The position numbers were made by a program, and so were the translations under genes. From contig NW_003314417.1 of assembly GCF_000143415.4 (NCBI RefSeq), positions 151,219 through 215,218 on the forward strand: a stretch of DNA of 64,000 nucleotides, written 5' to 3'. The notes beneath the pieces are model-generated. The model had not been told where the DNA came from and made no database searches. It was given only the letters and a program-made list of their open reading frames with translations. This document shows positions 13,234-24,116 of the stretch, one piece after another (the stretch's first letter is position 1; every line of letters begins with the position of its first letter). The DNA comes from Selaginella moellendorffii. Its lineage: Eukaryota > Plantae > Lycopodiophyta.

Positions 13234-16200
13234 ATGGCAAGGGCAGGGCGTAAGCGAACCCAGGCGGAGACGGAACCTCCGCCAGAGCTGGAGCCTCCGG
13301 TCGAACAAGAGGCTATGGATGAGGAATCCTTGCATGAGGAGGACTCCAGTGAGGAAACCTCCAAACAGGAGTCCGGTGGCGAGGTTCGGTCGTCCAAGGC
13401 TCGATTGGACGTGCTAGAAGGACAGTTGGCACAGACCAATGCCCTGCTGGAAACTCTCGTACGCAAGCTAAAGCGTGACGAGAGGCGGAAGAAAAAGAAA
13501 AAGACTGCGGATGCTGGCAGCGCAGAAGGTGCGGATCTTTCGGCCGGGACTGAGGCAAAACCAGACAAGGTCGAACAGACCGAAGTGGAATCAGTCCCTC
13601 AGGCAGTTCCCAAGTACAAACCAAAGCCCCCACCGGTCTTCAAGGGAGTGAATGACTATAAGGTGGTGGAGGATTGGTTTTACGATATGGAGGACTACTT
13701 CCGAGCGTTGCGGTTACCAAGCTCGGAGAAGGTCCCATGTGCAAAACCATACTTGGCAGATAATGCCAAGTCTTGGTGGAGAACAACGGAGGCCAACGAA
13801 GGACCGGTGGTCACTTGGGACATGATGAAGGCGAGGATCCGCGCAACATATGTTCCTCCGAATGCCACTCTGCATCTGAGGGATGAACTGAGTAGGCTGA
13901 AACAGACAGGAACCATCCAGGAATATGTGAATGGGTTCATGGCAAAGAGGATACTTGTCACGGACATGGGGGATATGGATGCGTTCCATGCCTTCATATC
14001 AGGTTTGCAAACCTGGGCTCGCGGCGAGGTGATGAGGTGGAACCCGACCAACTACAAGGAAGCGTTGGATGCGGCCATCAAGGTGCATTTCAACGATAAC
14101 CTGCGAAAGGGGAACACGACGGGGTCGGGATCCACATTTAGCAAAGGGGCCAAACCAAGGGGAACGTATAGCAAGGGGAAATTCAAAAGGAGTTTCTCTA
14201 AGAATGAGTCCTCGGGGTTCCGGAAAGGCAAATCCGGTGGCCAGCGAGCGAGTACGTGGGGGAGTCAAGCGAAAAAGGACAAACCCACGGATAAGAAGGT
14301 CAAGTCGTATAGCAGCGTGGGAAACAACGTATGCTACAACTGCGGCGAAGCGGGACACTTCTCGAGGGAATGTCCCTACCCGAAGAAGGCCAGAGCCAAT
14401 ATGGCCATCAAGTCGGGTGAAGTCCAAACTGAGGTATGTGATCCAGTCCCTAAGTCAAAGTTACTCATTACACGAGCAACTTTGGTAGAGAGTCGTTCGC
14501 GACATCTACTAGCCCTCCGAGGGAAGCTCGGAGGTAGCTTTGTTAAGATCCTTATTGACACGGGTGCTTCGGATAATTTTGTGGCTGCAGACATAGTCCG
14601 GCAAGCCGGACTAACGGTGCAGCGGCTAGGCGAACCAAGGACTATAGAGTTTGTTCAGGGTAGCCAAAGCACCGATGAGGTACTTCGACAAGCGAGAGTC
14701 GAAGTGGGGACATGGAAAGTGGACATGGATTTCACCGTCTTGGATATGGCGGGATTTGACGTGATCTTCGGAATGGATTGGTTTAATCGGTTCGTGGTAG
14801 CCCTGCATGGACAAGGTAGGAACCTTGTGGTATTGGCGAATGCCCAAGGAAGAAGATCTAGGGTGGAGGCCCAGGATCTAAAGGTAGGGCAAAGCAAGGC
14901 CAAAGAGTCATGCTTGAACCTGGTGTCCACGAGAGGACAACTCACTAAAGGAACTAAGGCAGCCTTTTTGTGCTTACTCTCGGTGAAGAGTGACAAAAAG
15001 ACAAGAACGGAAGAAGTGCCTTTAGTGATCCAGCGAGTGTTGGACCAATTCCAGGATACCATGCCGGAGGAGCTACCGGCGGGGTTGCCCCCCGCACGAC
15101 CGATAGAACATAAGATTGAGCTTGTCGAGGGCGCTGAGGCGGTGGTTCGTCCCCCCTATCGTTTGAACGAAAAAGAACTCAAGGAGCTCAAGTGCCAACT
15201 AGAGGAGTTGGTGGGCAAAGGGTATGTTAGGTTGAGCAAGTCGCCGTATGGGGCGCCGGTATTATTTGTGAAAAAGAAAGATGGATCTATGCGCATGTGC
15301 ATAGATTACCGGTTGCTCAACAAGTATACCAAGAAGAACAAGTACCCGTTGCCAAGGATTGAGGACCTGTTCGATAGGTTGGGAAAGGCAAAATACTTCT
15401 CGAGGATTGACCTAAGGTCAGGATACTACCAGATCAGGGTAGCCGAGGAAGATGTCGAGAAGACAACCTGTCGAACGAGGTATGGGAGCTTTGAGTTTTT
15501 GGTGATGCCCTTTGGGCTGTGCAATGCGCCGGCAACGTTTTCGGCGTTGATGAACCACGTCTTTGTACCCTATCTGGATCACTTTGTGGTCGTCTATATT
15601 GACGACATCCTGATCTATAGCGAGACGCTAGAGGAGCATGCCGAACACTTGGCGAAGGTGTTTGAGAAACTAAGGGAACATAAACTGTATGCTAAAGAGA
15701 GCAAATGTGACTTTGCTCAGCAAGAGGTAAAGTTTCTCGGGCATGTGGTGGGCCAGGACGGGCTCAAGGTGGACCCGGAGAAGGTCCAAGCGATCCAGGA
15801 ATGGGAGCGACCATCGAATGTACATGAGTTGAGGGCGTTCTTGGGGCTATGCAACTACTATCGAAAGTTTATCAGACACTATTCGAGAGTAGCCCTACCC
15901 TTAACGGATCAAACGGGAAAAGGGAAGATGGTATGGACAGCGGAATGCGAGGCGGCATTCGTCCACCTCAAAGGGAAGTTGAGGAAGGCTCCGGTGTTGG
16001 CATTACCGGACTTTGGTAAGGACTTTGAGGTAGACACGGATGCTTCGGACTTTGCGTTAGGCGCAGTTTTGAAGCAAGACAACCATCCAGTAGCGTTCTT
16101 CTCGAAGAAGCTGGACAAGGCTCAACGGAAGTGGCCTGCCCACGAGAAGGAATTGTTTGCGGTAGTCAAGGCGCTCAAGGAGTGGCGACACTACCTTGGG

Positions 16201-18006
16201 AGACACTTCAAGGTTTACACGGACAATGTGGCAACGAAACACTTCTTGTCACAACCCGACCTGAGAGGGAAACAAGGTCGGTGGGCCAATGCCTTGGCCG
16301 AGTTTGATTGCGAGATCCTGTACAAGCCTGGGAAGAGCAACATCGTGGCAGATGCGCTAAGTCGAAAAGCGAGCTTGAGGTTGGCGATCTCCAGCGCAAC
16401 AGCAACCTTCTGGGACGATGTGCGGACAGCATATGAGAACGATGGTCTAGCACAAGAAGTGTTGTTGAGGAATCTGGAGGCACGGGAAGCTCACCAGAGA
16501 GGTGAGCCGCCAACGGAAGAGAAAACGGGCTATGCGGAACGCAATGGACTCATTTATTACAAGCAAACGAGGGTGTATGTTCCAGAAGGTGGACTAAGGA
16601 AGGTAGCCTTAGAAGAGTGTCATGACGGACCTCTTGCGGGACACGGCGGAGTGCCCAAGACGATGGGCTTACTCAAGAGGAAGTACCATTGGCCAGATAT
16701 GGCTAAGGACGTCCAAGACTATGTAAAGACATGTCCAACATGTCAGCAGGTCAAAGCCGTGACTAAGGCTAGTGGGGGCTTGTTGCAAAGCATCCCCATT
16801 CCAGATCGTCCGTGGAAATGTCTCACGATGGACTTCATCACGGGACTACCCCCAAGCGAGGGGTTCGATGCGATATTCGTGGTGGTGGACCGATTTTCGA
16901 AGATGGCACATTTCATACCCACCACAACGGAGGTGGATGCGGAAGGTGTGGCGAAACTGTTCTTCGAACAAGTGGTTCGAGTGCGGGGAAGGCCAGAGGA
17001 GATTATCTCAGACCGAGATAAGATCTTCACTAGTAGGTTCTGGAGGACCCTCCTGGAACAGTATCGCACCAAGTTGAAATTCAGCACAGCCTATCACCCA
17101 CAGACAGGTATGGGGTATTAAGTCAAGTTTGGTGGTCCTAACACTTCTTGACAGACGGACAAACGGAAAGGGTGAATAGGCAGCTGGAGGATTATTTGCG
17201 ATGCTATGTCTCGGGAGACCAGACCGATTGGGTAAGTCATTTGGGACTTGCGGAAATGTGTTATAACAACTCACCACATTCGAGTATCGGGGTGAGTCCA
17301 TGGGAAGTCATCAATGGGCGAGCTATTGAAGGTCCTGTGGAACTCGGCGTGGCCGAGTATCATGGAGAGTTACCCGCAGTGGAGGCATTCACGGCGGAAA
17401 GACTCAACATTTGGAATCTAGTGAGGGATTCCTTGGAACGGGCTCAACAAAGGCAAACCAAGTACGCGAACCTAAAGCGCCGGGACGTAGAGTTCCAAGC
17501 TGGGGAGAAGGTGTGGCTGAACACCAAGAACCTTAGGCTACCAAGTGGGATCAGCCGAAAGTTGACCCAAAGGTAAAAATGCATGTATTCCTGTAAATGA
17601 ATTGATCTTGAGTTCCTTAAGCAGGTTCGCGGGGCCTTACGAGATTGAGGCACGAATCGGTAAAGTGGCTTACCGACTCCGACTTCCTCGAGAGATGGGG
17701 AAGATGCACCCAGTGTTCCATGTGAACTTACTCAAGCCGTACTTTGAGGATCCGCTTCGCAAAGACCAAGTAAGACCTTTACCTGAGGTTATCCAAGGGG
17801 AAGAGGAATACGAAGTCGAGGCCATCCTCAATGCGCGCAAGAGCAAGCGACAAGGACGCGAGGTGAGAGAGTTCCATGTGAAGTGGAAAGGATTCCCACA
17901 CTGCGAAGCAACATGGGAACCGGAGGAGAACCTAGCGAACGCGCAAGATCTAGTGGAGGAATTTCTGCAAGGCAGAACTCTATGTACTTATGCAAAGTTC
18001 AATTAA
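13234..18006 (+). CDS. Gag-Pol polyprotein (gag, CCHC, protease, RT, RNaseH, integrase, chromodomain); exons 13234-17107, 17155-17572, 17625-18006; ~1557 aa after splicing
   Basis: [14 protein letters not shown]; LIDTGAS; YIDDILIYS; [12 protein letters not shown]; H-H-C-C integrase zinc finger; splicing restores [12 protein letters not shown] and [12 protein letters not shown]; chromodomain EYEVEAIL...[19 protein letters not shown]. Confidence 0.93.
17108..17154 (+). other. GT-AG intron 1 in integrase (47 bp)
   Basis: gtatgg...cctaac...ttgacag; removal restores QTDGQTER in frame; also present in copy C (39145-39191). Confidence 0.88.
17573..17624 (+). other. GT-AG intron 2 in integrase (52 bp)
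   Basis: gtaaaa...ttaagcag; removal restores the RFAGPY (GPY/F) motif; also present in copy C. Confidence 0.88.
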
Positions 18007-18039
18007 AAATATCAATTTGCAAAGTTGAGCAAGTGGCAT

Positions 18040-18410
18040 ATGTTGGGACCCGAAGGCGCGCCAAAGGTGAGCTAATTAGCATGGGTTAGCTAGGTCGACC
18101 AGGCGTAGGGAGCTACGCCCGACTCCCTGCGGGGATGTCGAAACCGTAGACGTATTCTACGGAGGTTGGGTTCGAGTCCCAACCCCCTAGTAAAGCAAGG
18201 CTGGGTTCAAGTCCCGACCCCATACTAGGGCGTGGTGAGGGGTGGAGTATAGGGACACCTATATTCCGTTGTCATGAGCTCTTGGCCGGGGAGGCTAACT
18301 TAGGCACACCGCTAAGTGGGGGGATGCCCCCGGAGACATGGTCAACAAGTCGTAGGATAAAAAAGAGACGTTCGATGTGGGCATCGAACTTCTTCTATGG
18401 GTGGTGGAGT
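18040..18410 (+). other. Structured 3' UTR (hairpin array with two T-arm/B-box-like stems) and PPT
   Basis: Stems ggcgtag-ggag-ctacgcc, ccgtaga-cgtat-tctacgg, ggttggg-ttcgagt-cccaacc, ggagtatagg-gaca-cctatattcc, gttcgatg-tggg-catcgaac. Confidence 0.7.
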
Positions 18411-19558
18411 TGTAAGGAACCAACTCGCCGAGGTGTCGTAGGCTAAGGGAACCCCGAAAGCATGACCAAAATGACAAAGAGTTCATCGGATGGGACCAAG
18501 TCAAAGATCGAGTCCAAGACCGACTCTAGGACCGAGTTCGAGATCGAGTCCGGAATCGAGTCCGAGACCGACTCGGGGACCGAGTTCGAGTCCGAGTTCG
18601 AGACCGAGTTCGAGACGGAGTCCGAGATCCGAAATCGGGTCCGAGACCGAGTCCGAAGTCGAGTCCGAGGTCGGGCCCGAGATCGGGTCCGAGATCGAGT
18701 CCGCGATCGAGTCCGAGACCGAATCCGAAGTCGGATCCGAAATCGGATCCGAGATCGAGCCAGAGACTAAGTCCAAATACTAATACGGGTCAAGGGGTGA
18801 AAGCCCAAAGCGTGCGTCCCCCAGGGGGGGGGGGCTGCAGGGGGTTCCAAAAGTATAGTAGGGATAGTGAGGTCCAGGAACCAGTTTTGAAGGGACTCTC
18901 CAGTTGGGCTTCCAAACCGACTTGAGGTTGGGACTGGGACTAAGGGGCCTTGGGTGGGAGTGAGCATGGACTTGGCTGGTGCCGGAGGGGCCATCCAAGG
19001 AAGTGCTCAAGAGCAGCTCCCACTCCCGAAAGGGAAACCGATTGCGGTGCTCCCGGCTCATGTGGAGTGGTGCCCCACTTGAGTACCATGCGGCTCATTG
19101 GTCCTCGCCCTTCCAAGGGGCTTGGGCCTTCCTTCGGGATGGAAGTGGGGGGCGAGAGGTACCCATACCGGGCCGTTAGGCCACGGTGTTTCGCCCCGGC
19201 GTCCCGAAGCAAGTGTTGCACTCAAGACTTGGGATTTAGAGGGTCCCATGATCAAGTCTTGTGGTACCAAGGGATGTTAGGAACCTGGAAGCTTGGTGTG
19301 CTTGGCTGCTTGTGCTTGCGGGGAGTGTAGCCGAACCTTAAGTCCAGTCTAACCCGGGGAGGGGGATTGGGAGTGATTTGGGAATCCATGGAAGGATGGC
19401 TAACACTCCGTTGCTCGTGCAGTGAGTAGCTGAAACCAAGTAGGAGCTGGTACCATAGGCGAGAACCTTGGCAAGGGAACTTAGCAAAAGCCAAGGCAGT
19501 GTTGGACGGATAGACGAGGTAAGCTGGCAAATTGGAAAGGAAAAATTTGTGGCTTACA
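18411..19558 (+). repeat. 3' LTR of element A
   Basis: Near-identical to 12027-13174; followed by TSD TCGAG. Confidence 0.95.
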
Positions 19559-20598
19559 TCGAGATGGAGTCTAAGATGGACCCGAGATGGAGTCTGAGAT
19601 GGACCCGAGATGGAGTCCGAGATGGAGTCTGAGATGGACTCGAGATGGAGTTTGAGATGGAGTCCAAGATGGAGTCTGAGATGGAGTCTAAGATGGAGTC
19701 TGAGATGGACCCGAGATGGAGACTGAGATGGAGTCCGAGATGGATTTGAGATGGAGTCCGAGATGAACCCAACATGGAGTCTGAGATGGACCCAAGATGG
19801 GGTTTGAGATAGAGTCCGAGAGCTTACCGTGTTTACCAAACACCCTCACTATCATACCCTTTGTGTTAGTCTCATTTCGGTCCCAAGTGCTATTGGTGGA
19901 AAGTGTTTAGATTTGCTTATTTGGCATATCTACGGAATGTAGAGATCAGCCTAAACACAATGGTGTTCACTCCGTGTCCAAATTCGCAAATTAGGGACAT
20001 TCCATATTTAGTAAGTTTTGAACTTGTCCCAAAGACTAACTCCTGTTACTAAGGGAGGCTTGGGGTGAAAGCCCAACGCGTGTGTTCCTCAAGGCAGGGG
20101 GGGGGGGGATAGTGGTTAGAATGCATGTCTGACCACTTGAGACATTAATTTGGCTCCCACTAGGCTGTGTTACTCCTTGTTCTGTGTCCAACTTGGGTCT
20201 AAGCCCAAGCTCCACACTACTCTAGTTGGTCGGGTACCCTCCTCCTCATGTTAGGCCACCGATATGCTATAATTGTACTAGACTCTGTCTGACACCATTT
20301 TGCATGTAGGTGCTGGATACAGGGAGCTTATACTTGTAGAATTGTACCAAACCCTCATTTCATAGTGCAATGGCCTTGGAGTTTGGCTCCAAATTTAGGT
20401 GCACTACATTTGGTATCAGAGGAATTGTCTCAGTGATTCCTATCCAACTTTTGTCAGATTTTCTGATTCAAGTTGTATACGCAGAGACTTTTCCAGTAGA
20501 TTTGAAGCGGCCTGTGTAGGATTACTTGGATTGCACCATTCGGTAAGAACGTTGTATGCATGTTCAGTTACTAATAGAGGTATGCATGCAACTAGCGG

Positions 20599-23500
20599 GA
20601 TGGTGAAACAAAACCGTGCTGATGATGCTGAAACCTCTAGATTGGCGAATTGAGAGGAGGAACTCCTGCTAGAGATGCTGCGGAAGAGGCTGAGGCCGAG
20701 TTAGAAGAGGAAGAGCCAGATGCTGTGGCATTGTAGCATACGGCTCAGAAAGTTGAGATCAAGAATTTGTGAAGGGAGATTTGCAAATTGAATAAGGAGA
20801 ACAAAAAGAGGAAGAAAGAAGCTAAGGCAGCTAAACCAGCAAAACCTAAGCAACCGGACTCCTCTTCAAGTTCTGAGGACAATGAAGTTCTGCAATCGCC
20901 CCCAGTTGCACGAGTTTCAAAGTTCAAGCCTCCAAAACCACCCAATTTCAGAGGCATGCAAGACTATCAGGTTTTTGAAGATTGGGTCTATGATATGGAA
21001 AACTATTTCATAGTGGCAAACGTAGATGATCGTACGAAAGTTGCATGCACGCAATCCTTTCTCACCGATCATGCCAAAACTTGGTGGCGCTAGGTGTGTG
21101 CTAAAACAGGGCAGACTAGAAGTTGGACCAAGATGCGGTTTTGTATCCATAAGGAATCTTTGCCAGATGATCTTGGTCTAAGTCCTCTTGTGGAGCTGCA
21201 ATAGTTAAAGCAGCAAGGGGACCTTATGCATTACATTAATGCATTTGCTCAGAAGCACATTATGATTGCAAATATGGGTGATGAAGATGTTCGGAATTGT
21301 TTTCTGGAGGGTTTAAGTTCACTTTCTCGCAATGAGATTTTGTAGTTTAAGCCGAAGACGTACCTGGAGTGTAAGGAGGCAGCGCAGCAAGTTGCCTTTA
21401 GTCACTCGCTCATGGAACAATAGCAGCAGCCGTATGCTGGTACCTCATATAAGAATAGGAATTCTAGGAATAAACAAGGTGATCGAAAATAGAGGGTGGA
21501 AGGAAGGTTCCACCCTAGAGGCTCACAAGCAACGGTTAACAAAGGTGGTGGTGGTTGGAGATCACCAGCAACTTTTTGTGGTCCTAGGCCCTCTGTTCCT
21601 CCTTCTGGTGGGTACAAGCAGTAGCAACCTGCAAAACCTACTCCTAGTGGAATGGGTAGTGTGGATCATTGCTTCCGTTCTGGAGAGTCGGGACATAGGT
21701 CCTCAGAATGTCCTAACAAGCATAAGACAAGGTCTCATGTTAATGTCATGAGGAAAGATAGTGGTGGTGAAGCTGAAGAGGTTGACGAGTTGGTCAATGC
21801 AGACTATGAGGAAGAGGAGGTGAGTTACTTTCGTTGCTTTCCTCAAGCTTTTCTCGTAGTCAATGCAAACACTGATCCGTTGATGTATCTGGTAGGCTTT
21901 GTCTATGGATACTAAATCTGAGTGATGATTGACACGGGAGCTATGCAACGTGATATCCAAAGACTTAGTTAAGTTGTTAGGATTGAATGCTGAGCAAATG
22001 TCACCTATGCACTTCCGGTTTATGGAAGGTGGGCAAGTAGCCAGAAAATTTGTTAATGATGTTCCAATAAAAATATCCAACTGAAAAGAAAGAGTGGACT
22101 TGGTAGTGTTGAAGATACCAGATTTTCATATGGTGTTTGGTATGGACTTCTTCAACAAATATGTAAAAGGGATTTATGGTGTTGGATAAAGTCGTATCAC
22201 ATTGAAGTCAGAAGGACATCCCGATGTGTCCTTCCAATTGCAAAAGCGCTCCTCAAAGGATTGGGATGCAAAGTTCCTGACTGCGAGAGCCGCTCAAAAA
22301 GCAGCTAAGAAGGGATGTCAAACCTTTTGGGTTCAAGTGATGGAAGTTAAAGGTGTTGGTGACTCAGTTCGAATTGGCAACGGGATTGATCCTATACCAA
22401 AGAAGATATTGGAGTTATTGGCATAGAATTAGGATATCTTCTTGAAGGATTTGTCGCCAGGGCTACCTCCTAGCCATAAGGTTGATTATCGGATTGAGGT
22501 TATTCTGGGTTCTAAACCACCTATGAAAGCTTCGTATCGATTGAACATCAAAGAGATGGCTGAACTCAATAAGCAACTCATGGAGCTTCTTGACAAAGGT
22601 CATTTCCAACCAAGCAAGTCACCTTATGGAGCGTCGATCCTTTTTGTTATGAAAAAGGATGGAACCATAAGGATGTGTATCAACTATCGGGCACTCAATA
22701 AGATCATGGTAAAAAATAGTTATCCTTTGCCTCGCATTAATGACTTGTTTGACCAACTCTTAAAGGCTAAGTATTTTATGCGGCTTGATTTGTGGTTCGG
22801 ATATCATCAGGTGGTGGTGGCAGATCAGGATGTGGAGAAGACAGCCTTTAAGACTCGATATGGATTTTATGAGTTCCTAGTCATGCCATTTGGGTTATGC
22901 AATGCTCCGGCAACATTCAACACTATGATGGATAGAATATTTGGAGATTATTTGGACGTGTTTGTTGTTCTATATATCAACGATGTTCTAGTCTTCAATG
23001 AAACGTTGGAGGATCATTTGAAACACTTAGAGCTGGTGTTTCAGAAGTTGTGTGAACACTAGTTATATGCTAAGGAAAGTAAATACGCTTTTGGACAATT
23101 ACACGTAAACTTTCTCGGACATATAGTTGGTGGTGGCATAATTGAGGTGGATCCAAAGAAGGTGGAAGTGGTGAAGTCCTGGGAAGTCTCAACTAATGTA
23201 TCAAATATTTGTTCCTTTCTTGGTTTGGCAAGATATTATCGTAAGTTTATCTGCAATTTTGCAAGAATTGCTCTTTTGTTGATTGAGTTGATGAAGAGTA
23301 GTATTTCGTTTCATTGGACACCGGGTTGTTAGCATGCTTTTGTATGGTTGAAGGAGATCTTGACTATGGTTCCTGTTCTCAAGATCCTGGATCTTTATAA
23401 ACACTTCGAAGTGGATTGTGATGCATTTGGCTACGCTATAGGTGCCATATTACAGCAAGATTGTGACAAAGTAGTTAGTGTTATGTTAAGGCGATATGGT

Positions 23501-24116
23501 TGTCCCATTGCATTCTATTCCAAGAAATTGGATGAAACTCAACAAAGATGGCCAACGCATGAGAAAGAGATGTTAACTATAGTGTCGGCCCTGGAACACT
23601 GGAGACACTACTTGGGTGGACATACCAAGGTTTATACAAATAATAACACATTGAGCTACTTTGTTATGCAGCCTAAGCTTACGCCAAAGCAGGCTCGTTG
23701 GCAAGAGAAGCTTGTTAGATATGATATTGAAATCATATATCAACCTGGTAAAGATAATATTGTTCCGGATGCATTGAGTCGTCAGACTCAATTCCGGGCA
23801 ATATCAGCAATCATTTTGGACTGGTTGGAGGACGTTCGAGCTTCGTATAGAAGTGATCCATTGGCGAAGGCAATCTTCCGCTGTGGATGTTGCACGTCAA
23901 GAGGAGATTCATCCACCGCCAGAAGTTGTGGATGGTGAACCTGAATATGAAGTTGAAGGCATTCTATCATGTTGCCGGAAACATGGTGGCCGTGCGAAGG
24001 AATATCTAGTTAAGTGGAAAGGTTACCCGACATGTGAATCAACTTGGGAACCTCTTAGTAATCTTATCCATGCTCGTGAGCTTGTCAAAAAGTATGAGAA
24101 TAGTAATAAAGCCTAG
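20599..24116 (+). pseudogene. Degenerate gag-pol of chromovirus family B, integrase core deleted
   Basis: KPPKPPNFRG..DWVYDMENYF gag; CFRSGESGHRSSEC; [10 protein letters not shown]; RNaseH; sequence jumps at ~23875 directly to the chromodomain EYEVEGILS..VKWKGYPTCESTWEP. Confidence 0.88.

Larger units (their letters stand above)
12027..19558 (+). mobile_element. Intact, very young Ty3/gypsy chromovirus (element A)
   Basis: Two 1148-bp LTRs (12027-13174, 18411-19558), TG..CA, about 2 differences seen by eye; TSD TCGAG; PBS tggtatcggagc at ~13178; PPT-like gggtggtggagt before the 3' LTR. Confidence 0.97.
11596..20408 (+). mobile_element. 5' LTR of chromovirus family B, interrupted by element A
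   Basis: Start similar to 61366 (gacacaaat.cctaagccccaaagtggagccg); the GAGATGGAGTCC array continues on both sides of element A; ends ...actaca at 20408, followed by PBS tggtatcagag at 20411. Confidence 0.7.

Noticed and set aside
18160-18225. tRNA gene or SINE suggested by GGTTCGAGTCCC
   Set aside because: Only T-arm-like stems; no convincing D-arm/A-box, anticodon arm or acceptor stem, and no poly-T tail or TSD; kept as a structured-UTR finding
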